From Spirochaetia bacterium (GTDB lineage Bacteria > Spirochaetota > Spirochaetia > DSM-2461), in NCBI GenBank assembly GCA_963668315.1, contig OY764216.1, positions 2,240,001-2,304,000 of the forward strand: a DNA stretch of 64,000 bases. Reading direction: 5' to 3'. Position numbers and translations under genes: made by a program. Below the pieces are notes generated by a model that was not told the DNA's origin, ran no database searches, and was given only the letters and a program-made list of their open reading frames with translations. Positions 10,285 to 19,270 of the stretch are shown here, one piece after another; positions within the stretch are counted from its first letter, which is position 1, and each line of letters opens with the position of its first letter.

Positions 10285-11476
10285 GGATCAACCCCTCCCC
10301 GTACTCTTCGACCCGGTGGACCGGCAGGCCGGGAATGAGCAGCTTCTTCTTTTCCGTTCCCTGGGCTGCGATGATGAAATATTCCAGATCACGGCCTTTT
10401 CTCTTCTGCTCGAACAGAAAGTTCCCGTCCTCCGTCAGGGGAGGGGGACCTATGATAAAATATTTCGTGCCCCTTCTCACCGGATTCTCCTTTCGGGACA
10501 TAAGGTCGATGAGGTTTAGCCCCTCCGGATGGGCTTTTACGGCGGCCAGAGTCTTCAGTATGAGCGCCGACTGCTCCACTCCGCTGTTTTCCGGGAGGGA
10601 GAGGGGGGCTCTGCTCAGGTTTTTCCGGGATTCGGGACTCTCGTCCATTTCCGGGATATACCCGGAGACGATAAGGGACACTTTCTGCCCCATCCGGATA
10701 AAGCAGACCGCCAGGGATGCGGCCGTTTCCACGGCTCTTTCCAGCAGTTCCCCCCGATGGGAGAGAGGGTATTCCCCGGCGGAAAGGTTAAGGATGATAT
10801 GGACGGGAAAGTAGATGGTGCTGTCGTATTCCATAGTGTATAATTTTCCCAGCCGGGCGGAGACCTTCCAGTTGATCCGCTTCAGCTCGTCGCCGGGGAT
10901 ATATTCCCTGAGGGACTGGAAACTTGTCACGTCTTCATACAGCTTGTTGCTTATCTTGACGCTGCCCCCGCTCATCCCCCGCTTCTGATCCAGCCTGACC
11001 CGGTAGACCTGAGGATAGATGATCACCTGCTGGCAGGCGTCGATCTTCTTTTCCCAGCTGAACAGCCGGAAGGGGCCGTTTCCCTTCAGCTTCACCGGAC
11101 CGGAGCGCTTGACACCGCGGGAGTCGCCCACCGCCTTGTAGGAAATCACTTTTTCCTCGAAGGGACGGAGGGACAGGGCTCTCTCCCGTTTTTCCATGGG
11201 GTAGAGGCCGTACAGTTCGTCGGAAAGGATAAAGTAGGAGAGGGGAAAGGGGCTCTTGTTTATGAGGCGTATCTCCAGATCGAATTCCCGATGGCAGAGG
11301 GCATAGAGGGTTTTCCGGTCCCTCTCAATCCGGATAAACCGGGGAATCAGCCTTTGGGCCGTAAGGGCCCAGATCCTCATCAGAAGAAGCAGCATGAGAA
11401 TGAATCTGACCGGGACAATGGGGGTAAAAAGAAAACCGCCTGTCAGGATAAGGATCAGAATTAGCTGGCCGATCAC
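10274..11476 (-). CDS. DUF58-domain protein
   Basis: SLREYIPGDELKRINWKVSAR motif, ERAVETAASL. Confidence 0.9.
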   Translation of the reverse strand: MIGQLILILILTGGFLFTPIVPVRFILMLLLLMRIWALTAQRLIPRFIRIERDRKTLYALCHREFDLEIRLINKSPFPLSYFILSDELYGLYPMEKRERALSLRPFEEKVISYKAVGDSRGVKRSGPVKLKGNGPFRLFSWEKKIDACQQVIIYPQVYRVRLDQKRGMSGGSVKISNKLYEDVTSFQSLREYIPGDELKRINWKVSARLGKLYTMEYDSTIYFPVHIILNLSAGEYPLSHRGELLERAVETAASLAVCFIRMGQKVSLIVSGYIPEMDESPESRKNLSRAPLSLPENSGVEQSALILKTLAAVKAHPEGLNLIDLMSRKENPVRRGTKYFIIGPPPLTEDGNFLFEQKRKGRDLEYFIIAAQGTEKKKLLIPGLPVHRVEEYGEGLIRES

Positions 11477-12423
11477 GTAAGGGAGGGTTCCTCTTCCCGT
11501 GACTTCTCAAGAAGAGATGCTACGATATCCCTTTCATCCAGTCCGTTGAGAATGGCCTCCGAACGGAGCTTTATTCTTTTAAGGAGGATGGGAAGGGCCA
11601 GTTCATAAAGATCGTCCTCTTCGGCCCTGTCTCGCCCCCGCAGGGCGGCGAGAGCCTGTACGCCCTTATAGAGGGCCCGGGTTGCCCGGGGGGAGGCTCC
11701 CAGTTCCAGGCGGCTGTCCTTTCGGGAAAGATCACCCAGGACCAGGATCCGGTTCTCCAGGGAGGAAGGAACATCTACCCGGGTCACGAGGCGACGCAGT
11801 TCAGCAAGGTCGCCCAGATTTCCCTTCGGTTTCAGATCGTTTACCGGATGGGTTATACGGTTCTGGCCGGCCATGATCTCTCCTTCGGAAATCCTGTTGG
11901 GATAGCCCATGGACAGGGTCATGAAAAAACGGTCCTTCTGGGCTTCGGGAAGGGGAAAGGTACCCTCGAAATCCAGGGGATTCTCCGTGGCTATCATAAA
12001 AAACGGGGAGGGCAGCTCCATCGTCTTTCCTTCCAGGGTGACCGAACTGCTCTCCATGGCTTCCAGCAGGGCCGACTGGCTCCGGGGCGTGGCCCTGTTG
12101 ATTTCATCAATCAACAGGATATTGGAGAAGACGGGCCCGGGATGAAAACGGAACTGCTTTGTCGAAGGGATATAGACGGAAACACCCAGAATATCGGAAG
12201 GGAGAAGATCGGGGGTGCATTGAATCCGCTGGAATCGCCCCCCCGTCACGGCCGAAAGAGCCCGGGCGAGAATGGTTTTTCCCACCCCCGGGACGTCTTC
12301 CAGAAGGACATGGCCTCCGCATAAAAGGGCGGTCAGAACCTTCTCAATGACTTCGTCCTTGCCCAGGATAACTCTGCCTATCTCCCCTTTCAGGGTATCG
12401 GCCCAACTTCTGACTTCATCCAT
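11473..12423 (-). CDS. MoxR-family AAA+ ATPase (upstream copy)
   Basis: EDVPGVGKT, DEINRA, ATENP, EGTFPLPEAQKDRF; start at ATG 12423 behind a GGGGAG RBS. Confidence 0.93.
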   Translation of the reverse strand: MDEVRSWADTLKGEIGRVILGKDEVIEKVLTALLCGGHVLLEDVPGVGKTILARALSAVTGGRFQRIQCTPDLLPSDILGVSVYIPSTKQFRFHPGPVFSNILLIDEINRATPRSQSALLEAMESSSVTLEGKTMELPSPFFMIATENPLDFEGTFPLPEAQKDRFFMTLSMGYPNRISEGEIMAGQNRITHPVNDLKPKGNLGDLAELRRLVTRVDVPSSLENRILVLGDLSRKDSRLELGASPRATRALYKGVQALAALRGRDRAEEDDLYELALPILLKRIKLRSEAILNGLDERDIVASLLEKSREEEPSLT

Positions 12424-12511
12424 GCTCGCTCTCCCCACTCCCTGTGACAGGGAATTACTCCCGGTTCATTTTAACAGGGAATCGGGGGATTTGAAAGCAG
12501 TTTTCTCTTTC

Positions 12512-13330
12512 TCAGCCGAGGGCTACGTCCAGAGTCATCATCACGGCGAATCCCAACATGGCGCCGATGGTGGAAATATCATTATGCTCTTCGTCCTCCT
12601 GGGCGCTGGGAACCAGTTCTTCGACAACGACGTAGATCATGGCGCCCGCGGCAAAGGCGAGGGCGTAGGGGAGTATGGGGCGGAATATGATGACCGCCGC
12701 GGCGCCCAGAACTCCGGCGATAGGCTCCACGATACCCGAAGCCTGTCCGTAGACAAAGCTTTTAAACCGTCCCATCCCCTCTCTTCTCAGAGGAACGGAT
12801 ACGGCGGCTCCTTCGGGAAAGTTCTGAATGCCTATACCAAGGGCCAGGGCGACGGCTCCCGCTATGCCCGCTCCGGGAATTCCCGCCGCCACCGCGCCGA
12901 AGGCGACGCCGACAGCCAGACCTTCGGGAAAATTATGCAGTGTGATCGCCATCACCAGGAGAACGCTTCTCTGCCAGCTGGATTTGAGCCCTTCCTTCTC
13001 ATCGGATGCCTGGAAACTGGGGTGCATATGGGGCAGGGTTTTATCCACGGCCAGGAGAAAAAGCCCTCCCATCAGGAATCCGATGACCGCCGGGCCCCAG
13101 TCGGGCCCGGGCATTTCGGAGGACATTTCTATGGCAGGCGCCAGGAGCGACCAGTAGGACGCGGCAATCATGACGCCCGAGGCAAAGCCCAGCATGCCGT
13201 TGAGGATTTTTTTGTTGATGGATTTGAAAAGGAAAACCACCGCCGCACCCAGGGCCGTGAAAGCCCAGGTGAAAAGCGTCCCGAGAAGGGCCTGAAAGAC
13301 GGGGGGAAACTGGGAAAGCCACTGAATCAT
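12512..13330 (-). CDS. ZIP-family (ZupT/GufA-like) metal transporter
   Basis: AITLHNFPEGLAVG, GIQNFPEG, AAGAMIYVVVEEL. Confidence 0.93.
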   Translation of the reverse strand: MIQWLSQFPPVFQALLGTLFTWAFTALGAAVVFLFKSINKKILNGMLGFASGVMIAASYWSLLAPAIEMSSEMPGPDWGPAVIGFLMGGLFLLAVDKTLPHMHPSFQASDEKEGLKSSWQRSVLLVMAITLHNFPEGLAVGVAFGAVAAGIPGAGIAGAVALALGIGIQNFPEGAAVSVPLRREGMGRFKSFVYGQASGIVEPIAGVLGAAAVIIFRPILPYALAFAAGAMIYVVVEELVPSAQEDEEHNDISTIGAMLGFAVMMTLDVALG

Positions 13331-13400
13331 ATATTATCTCCTTATGTTGTACTGATAAGTATAGTAGACTTTCCCCGAAAGATGAATCTTTTTTGTCTTT

Positions 13401-13646
13401 TTACAGGCAGGGGACCTGACGGGTGTCTATGAAATCCGCGGCCATCTGGTAGGTTATTTCCACGGCTTCTTCCCGGGTCTCGCAGTATTTGGGTTCATGG
13501 CTTACGGGGAGGACCTCTTCGGTCTCCTCATCGACAAGAATATAGTGGCCCAGTACCCACAACCCCTTATAGGGGCCTTCCCATCCCCGGATATGAATGA
13601 GCGGTTTAATAGCGAATCCTTTGTATTTTTTAATATCTAATGACAT
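13401..13646 (-). CDS. small hypothetical protein (81 aa)
   Basis: GGGAG RBS, extended -10 TGATAAAAT upstream, fills the intergenic gap. Confidence 0.65.
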   Translation of the reverse strand: MSLDIKKYKGFAIKPLIHIRGWEGPYKGLWVLGHYILVDEETEEVLPVSHEPKYCETREEAVEITYQMAADFIDTRQVPCL

Positions 13647-13774
13647 AATTTCTCCCTTGGAACCAGGTTCCGGATAGTGATAATTTTATCACAGCCCCGG
13701 AGGGAGAACCATGGATATCATCCGCCCCCTGTGGGGTTTCCATGAAGAATGGGGGGATCCCTTGAACCCTGCTT

Positions 13775-15979
13775 TTATTCCGCCGGAGTTGGTTCCGGGG
13801 GGGCAGCGAAGGCTTTTCCCGAAAGATATATGAAGTATCCGGCGATGAGAAAATGTATTTTCTCCGAAAGAACCGTCTCTTCGTCCCTGTCTATAAACTG
13901 AAGAATATATTTCAGGGGCGGTTGATCCCCGATGGTTTTACCGTCACTTTCAGTAAGCTTTCTGATTTCGGGGAAAAAATCCGCCCCTTCCCGGGATTTT
14001 ATAAGATAGTGGAGGGATTGGCTCCAGGGGCCTTCGTCAATCTCCTGCTTCAGTTCCCTGATCCCCTTGTGCGGCTTTTCCAGGAAGGAGAAGAAGAAGG
14101 GGTAGAACCACTCGCTGAACCCCATGAGCGAGGCGGCGTTCATAATAAGATCGTCCGTCAGATGGGGGTAGGTCTTCACCTCCACATGGTGCAGAAGGGA
14201 GGGGAGGGCATCGGTTTTTTTCAGAAGCTCAAGGGCTTTCGCGCAGAACATGATGATGCGGGGATTATCGGTATCCTCCAGAATCTCCAGGATTCGGTCC
14301 CCCTGTTCCCGGGCGCCCAGCTGTCCCAGGGCAAGGGCCGCCTTGCTGACGAGCAGATAGTCGGGAGAGTCCAGAGCCTCGGTAAGAGGTTTGACGGCCC
14401 TCTCTATCCTCCGCTCTCCGATAATCTCGGCGGAGATATGGGCCGTGGTGAAGGGATGCTCTTTCATATCTTTTATCAGGTACGATTCGGTCTTATCGGT
14501 GAGGGGGTATTTTTTCAGGCTGTTCAGAGCTTCTATGCGGACGAAAAAACTGGGGGAATCCAGTCTGTTGTAGAGCTCCTCCAGGTTGAGGGGGGATTTG
14601 TTCTCACCCATGGCGGAAACAATTTCCCTTTCATCTTCGGAGGAGGTCGTCTTATCCAGTTTGTTCAGGTAATAGATGGCCTTCAGATCCCGGGGATTGA
14701 ATATGATGCCCAGTACATCGGTTATGGAGTATTTACCCCTGTCGGGAAGCTTGTTGATCATAAGCATATTGACGGCGAGAATCACTATGGGAAGGGCGTA
14801 ATAGATCTGGAACGCCTGTGATTCGGGCGCCCTGTTTTCCAGGAAACTCAGAAGAAAACCGCCTCCCAGAGCGCCGATCATCCCCGAGAGACCGCGGATA
14901 ATATTATAGACCACGCTCTGGTCCAGCCGGTCCTCTTCGCGGGTGATGGAAAAGAAGTAGATATCCGCCGAGTAGCCCAGTCCCCAGATCATCATCTGGT
15001 TGAAGAAGAAGAGCATGCAGAGGAAGAAGAAAAGCATACGGGAAGAGGGAAACACCGGTGAAATCAGTATGGGAATCAGACAGATAATCTGCAGGATATG
15101 AAAGGTGAAATACATCGGTTTAGCACCGACTCTGTCCGTTATGAAACGGGCGAAACGGGTCATGATAAGGGAGCCGACCGCCCCGGCCACGGTAAAGAAT
15201 ATGACGACCCCGTCCGACTGGAGATAGACCTTTTTACAGTAGAGGAGGAGAAAGCCGCCGCTCATTCCTGTCACGATGGTGCTCAGTACCACCAGGAGGA
15301 TAAAACGGGAGAAACCCTCCCGCTTGAACGTATCGCTTATGCTTTTTATAAGGGACAATTCGCTTCGGTCCGGCCGTTCCTGTTCGGGAAGCTTCAAAAT
15401 ACTGACCGCCGCAAAAATACCCGCGATGATTCCTACCAGAATAAAAAGGGGATATTTATAGAGGGGGGCTTTATCTCCCAGCAGCAGGGCTATGGTGATG
15501 CCCGTAATTATCTGGCCGGCAAAGTTTATCATGTTGTTATTGGCCAGAAAGGCCGCCCGGGTTTCATTTCTGGTTATGTAGCCCAAGATGGGATTCGTGC
15601 TTGTCAGGGCGATTCCCTTGAGAAAGTTGAAGCCGAAGACGCCTATGGATATGGTCAGGAGCGAATAGAAGGGATTGTCCCGGAAAGAGGGAATCAGGGT
15701 TAACAGAACGGGAACCATGATGATATAGCGGAAGAGCCAGAAGTACCCCATGGTCTTCACATACCCCAGCCGGGGAACGATCCGGCGGCCCAGAAGACTG
15801 AACACGAAGGTAATGGAATTGCAGGCCGAGAGAATCCCGATCAGCCGGGTACCCGCCCCCAGTCTGATGGCGTAGAGAAGGATGACGTTCCCCGCCATGA
15901 AACTGTAGGAAAGCACATTGAATACGGCGTATCTGGTATAGTTCGCCTGGGCCTTTTTCATCTGGTTCGTGCTGAGCAT
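13775..15979 (-). CDS. MFS transporter fused to a C-terminal HEAT-repeat domain
   Basis: About 12 TM segments in the first ~430 aa, then HEAT-like repeats (VRIEALNSL, LVSKAALALGQLG). Confidence 0.8.
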   Translation of the reverse strand: MLSTNQMKKAQANYTRYAVFNVLSYSFMAGNVILLYAIRLGAGTRLIGILSACNSITFVFSLLGRRIVPRLGYVKTMGYFWLFRYIIMVPVLLTLIPSFRDNPFYSLLTISIGVFGFNFLKGIALTSTNPILGYITRNETRAAFLANNNMINFAGQIITGITIALLLGDKAPLYKYPLFILVGIIAGIFAAVSILKLPEQERPDRSELSLIKSISDTFKREGFSRFILLVVLSTIVTGMSGGFLLLYCKKVYLQSDGVVIFFTVAGAVGSLIMTRFARFITDRVGAKPMYFTFHILQIICLIPILISPVFPSSRMLFFFLCMLFFFNQMMIWGLGYSADIYFFSITREEDRLDQSVVYNIIRGLSGMIGALGGGFLLSFLENRAPESQAFQIYYALPIVILAVNMLMINKLPDRGKYSITDVLGIIFNPRDLKAIYYLNKLDKTTSSEDEREIVSAMGENKSPLNLEELYNRLDSPSFFVRIEALNSLKKYPLTDKTESYLIKDMKEHPFTTAHISAEIIGERRIERAVKPLTEALDSPDYLLVSKAALALGQLGAREQGDRILEILEDTDNPRIIMFCAKALELLKKTDALPSLLHHVEVKTYPHLTDDLIMNAASLMGFSEWFYPFFFSFLEKPHKGIRELKQEIDEGPWSQSLHYLIKSREGADFFPEIRKLTESDGKTIGDQPPLKYILQFIDRDEETVLSEKIHFLIAGYFIYLSGKAFAAPPEPTPAE

Positions 15980-16094
15980 AATGGCCTATTGTAACCTCCG
16001 ATCAGGAAGGGTTCAAGCCATAAATATGATTATGGTCTTTTCCATCGCCTAGCCGGGAGTGAAAAGGAGAAATACCCTTATTCGGGCCGATATT

Positions 16095-17360
16095 TTACTG
16101 AAATCTCAGGAAATGGCTGCCGCCGTTTTCGCTTCTGCTTTTTTTCCTGTGCCTTATGCGAGTGCAGACTTCGTCCACATTAAATATGAGGATGGAGAGA
16201 ACCTTGGCATCTATGGGCATATCCCGCATAATTTTTATGGCATCCTTTCTATTGAGGGAAGAGCGGTAGGGTCTTTGACCGACCAGGGCTTCAAATATGT
16301 CGGCCACGGCGATAATCCTGCTTTCCAGGGGGATCTGATCTTCAAGAAGCCCGTCGGGATAACCCGATCCGTCGTTTTTTTCGTGATGGTACAGGATGAA
16401 GTCTTTCAAGTGCTTCAGGCTGTCGAAATGTTCTATGATCTCTGCGGAATAGTGGACATGTTTTTTTATCTCGCCGAACTCATCTTTGCTGAGCGCTGAG
16501 TCTTTATTGAGTATTTCCACGGGTACCGAAATCTTCCCGATGTCGTGGAGATAGGCGGCAACCTTGAGATCTTTCAGCCTCTTACCCCTCAGTCCGTATT
16601 TCTGCCCGAGAAAATGGGATATCTCTGCCACGTTCCTCGAATGGTTGGCGGAATACTCCTCGGTCTTCTCAAAAAGATAGATGATGGTTTCCAGACCTTC
16701 GGAATTATAGAGATAGGACCGGAATCTGTTGATTATCCTTTTATAAATAATGTAAATAAGCAGGCTGATGAGTACACTGAGGATTATCTGATTGACGGAA
16801 ACGGGAAGATTCCTTGGTTTTACCCTCAAGCCATACGCTAGGAGATAGGATTCGGGAGAAGTAGTTAAGGAGAAATCCTTCAGTATCTGAAGATTGCTCA
16901 GGGTCGTTTCTAGGTCATAGGCGACCTGAACATACCTGTCCCTTATGTACCGGCTGCCGTCACTGTTGGAAATCTTAAAGTTGAAGAATAACTCCGTCCC
17001 CTCCGTACGTATGGCATAGTCCCGCATGGAAAGGACTGTCGGCTTCTCGACTAACTCTATATCCAGAAAGAGGGAAGAGAGCTTCTGGATCTCCTCGAGA
17101 AGTCCATTCAGGTCGAGGGTGCCGTTTTCCAGATACTGCTCATATAAGGCATCATTCAGGAAATAGCGGTCGTTTATGACTTCCGCCGTCTTATCAATAA
17201 TGTTATAAAGAAATAACCGGTAGCTGGAAAGGGTACGTCTGTTGGCATAATCATTTATCAGCGAGAAAATGGCCAGGGACAGAAGGCAGACTGATATCAG
17301 CAGAATGATGCCGAAGTGCTTTTTCCTTAATATGTGCTGCCTCTGTTCCTGTGAAAACAT
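16095..17360 (-). CDS. membrane-anchored HD-GYP phosphodiesterase
   Basis: Two TM segments flanking a sensor domain; intact HSRNVA, LHDIGK, HHEKNDGSGYP, IAVADIFEAL. Confidence 0.9.
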   Translation of the reverse strand: MFSQEQRQHILRKKHFGIILLISVCLLSLAIFSLINDYANRRTLSSYRLFLYNIIDKTAEVINDRYFLNDALYEQYLENGTLDLNGLLEEIQKLSSLFLDIELVEKPTVLSMRDYAIRTEGTELFFNFKISNSDGSRYIRDRYVQVAYDLETTLSNLQILKDFSLTTSPESYLLAYGLRVKPRNLPVSVNQIILSVLISLLIYIIYKRIINRFRSYLYNSEGLETIIYLFEKTEEYSANHSRNVAEISHFLGQKYGLRGKRLKDLKVAAYLHDIGKISVPVEILNKDSALSKDEFGEIKKHVHYSAEIIEHFDSLKHLKDFILYHHEKNDGSGYPDGLLEDQIPLESRIIAVADIFEALVGQRPYRSSLNRKDAIKIMRDMPIDAKVLSILIFNVDEVCTRIRHRKKSRSENGGSHFLRFQ

Positions 17361-17450
17361 AGAGACATATTAGATCAGGCTGTAAATAAATCAACTCTTT
17401 TTTTTGAAAACTGAAAAATCAGTCGCTAATGAAAACCGGGCACAGCCTCA

Positions 17451-17486
17451 TCCTGTCTGCCGGTTCAAAGTTCCGGCAGGACAGGA
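17451..17486. repeat. intergenic inverted repeat
   Basis: TCCTGTCTGCCGG ... CCGGCA(G)GACAGGA, a 13-bp stem with one bulge. Confidence 0.6.
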
Positions 17487-17498
17487 AAATCGGAACGG

Positions 17499-17590
17499 AA
17501 AAAAAAGGAGGCGGCTCAATAAGGGGAAAAGCCGCCTCCCTGAGAGAAGTCAGAGAATTAATAGTATTTAGGAGAGAGAATCCTCTGATG
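17499..17590 (-). ncRNA. candidate small RNA (two hairpins, CU-rich loops, intrinsic terminator)
   Basis: TAGAAT -10 at 17597-17602; 5' stem UCAGAGGAUU/AAUUCUCUGA; terminator GGAGGCGGCU/AGCCGCCUCC followed by U8; no minus-strand ORF. Confidence 0.5.
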
Positions 17591-17699
17591 CATCCTATTC
17601 TATCCCATTAATTCCGTCAGTTCTATTAACAGAATATGAACGCAACATAAACAGAGAGAAGGAAATCTCCCTGCTCTGCAAACGGGATTCGGGGAAAAT

Positions 17700-17728
17700 A
17701 AAAAAGGCAAGACCGGAGCCTTGCCTTT
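17700..17728 (-). terminator. intrinsic terminator of tRNA-Asn copy 1
   Basis: GGCAAG/CTTGCC stem followed by a T-run on the minus strand. Confidence 0.8.
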
Positions 17729-17743
17729 CAGAAACTTAAGATG

Positions 17744-17816
<73 letters not shown>

Positions 17817-17832
17817 TCGTTAAGCGAAAGCT

Positions 17833-17861
17833 ACTATAGCAGGGGAGGGAAAAATTGTCAA
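17833..17861 (-). promoter_or_regulatory. sigma70 promoter of tRNA-Asn copy 1
   Basis: TTGACA-17 nt-TATAGT with extended TG. Confidence 0.85.
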
Positions 17862-17952
17862 TGGATTTCAGGGTAATGAGAGCCGGAATGAATGACAGGG
17901 ACATCTCTTTCCGAGCGGTGAAATCAGACAGTAAGGGCGGTTTTTTTCAAGC

Positions 17953-17983
17953 AAAAAAAAAGGTAAGACCAAAGCCTTACCTT
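17953..17983 (-). terminator. intrinsic terminator of tRNA-Asn copy 2
   Basis: GGTAAG/CTTACC stem followed by T9 on the minus strand. Confidence 0.8.
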
Positions 17984-17999
17984 GCAAAAACTTAAGATG

Positions 18000-18072
<73 letters not shown>

Positions 18073-18089
18073 TCGTTAAGCGTGAGCGT

Positions 18090-18118
18090 ACTATAGCAGG
18101 GCCGGAAAAAATTGTCAA
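18090..18118 (-). promoter_or_regulatory. sigma70 promoter of tRNA-Asn copy 2
   Basis: TTGACA-17 nt-TATAGT with extended TG. Confidence 0.85.
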
Positions 18119-18193
18119 CCGATCTCGTAAAAAAAGGAAAAAAATCTTGCCCGGACTCTGGCCTTTCAGGGCGATCGGCGTTAGGATAGGGTT

Positions 18194-18559
18194 ATGTACA
18201 GCGTAAGAGTAGAAGCGGATTTTGCCGCCGCCCATTTTCTGGTCAACTATCATGGAAAGTGCGAGAACCTCCATGGCCACAATTACAAGGTTTTCCTCCA
18301 CGTAAAAGGGGAGGAACTGGACGAAGGGGGGATGCTCTGCGACTTCGGCATCCTCAAAAAGGCCCTCCGCCAGGTCTGCAAGGAACTGGACCACACCAAC
18401 CTGAACGACCACCCCTTCTTTGCCGACGGCCGCCCCAGCGCCGAAAAAATTGCCCGGTACATCTTCGATCAGGTGGAAACCCTCATCGCCCCCATCACTC
18501 CCGCCCGGGTGGACGTCTTCGAAACCGACACCAGCCGCGCCACCTACAGCCGGGACTAG
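18194..18559 (+). CDS. queD: 6-carboxytetrahydropterin synthase
   Basis: FAAAH, CENLHGHNY, LDHTNLN, PSAE, ET motifs. Confidence 0.92.
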   Translation: MYSVRVEADFAAAHFLVNYHGKCENLHGHNYKVFLHVKGEELDEGGMLCDFGILKKALRQVCKELDHTNLNDHPFFADGRPSAEKIARYIFDQVETLIAPITPARVDVFETDTSRATYSRD

Positions 18560-18569
18560 TCCTTTCACC

Positions 18570-18696
18570 GGCGAAGCCGGCTCTGCCGAGCCGGCCCGGG
18601 CTGTCCGTTCGAAGGGGCTCATCCCGGCCGCTCACTCCGGCTCACTCCCGCTCCGCCGGGCGCCCGGGGCCCCTAACCACTGCCATCCCTTTCGCG
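18570..18696 (+). ncRNA. structured intergenic element A (Flavo-1-like repeat/ncRNA candidate)
   Basis: Closing helix GCGAA/TTCGC, hairpin GCCGGCTC/GAGCCGGC, core CCGGGCTGTCC...CCACTGCCATCCCT shared with 33843-33945. Confidence 0.5.
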
Positions 18697-18724
18697 TACC
18701 CGCCGTGTGTGATATAATGAACCC

Positions 18725-19237
18725 ATGGAAACTCTTTTCGTCAAAGTTCTGTTCTATCTGGCCGCCTTCGTGCTCTACGCCGTTCAGATCATCGGCATTC
18801 CGGGCAATTTCGCCGGTCCCCTTGTCGCCCTGATCTACCTCCTCGCCACCGACGTGCCCCTAACCTGGGGCCGGTTCGTTGTTATGCTCCTTCTGGCCCT
18901 TTCCGGGGAGGCCATGGATACTCTCATGGGAATCTTAGGAGCCAAAAAGTTTGGCGCTTCCAAAAAGGGCATGACCGCCGCCGTGCTGGGCGGTTTTGCC
19001 GGGGCCCTGGTGGGGGGGATGATCGTCCCCGTGGCAGGCTCGGTCATCGGGGTTTTTCTGGGCATTTTTCTCTTCACCTTTCTGGTGGAGTTCCGCATTG
19101 AGGAGAAGGGAGTGGCCGAGGCGAAAAAGGCCGGCTGGGGCGCTGTTCTGGGAAGGCTGGCGGCCATGGCTTGGAAGTATGCCGCCGGGCTGGGAATCCT
19201 TCTGCTCCTGGCCTTTTCTCTTTTCAGAACTGCTTGA
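18725..19237 (+). CDS. DUF456-family membrane protein
   Basis: Hydrophobic; GAKKFGASKKG...G.LVG motif. Confidence 0.85.
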   Translation: METLFVKVLFYLAAFVLYAVQIIGIPGNFAGPLVALIYLLATDVPLTWGRFVVMLLLALSGEAMDTLMGILGAKKFGASKKGMTAAVLGGFAGALVGGMIVPVAGSVIGVFLGIFLFTFLVEFRIEEKGVAEAKKAGWGAVLGRLAAMAWKYAAGLGILLLLAFSLFRTA

Positions 19238-19270
19238 TTTTTCCCGGCCTTTGGCCTAACATGAACACCC

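Noticed and set aside
17429..17611. 60-aa plus-strand ORF
   Set aside because: Crosses two hairpins and an A-run, has no RBS; the minus-strand sRNA/terminator reading fits better
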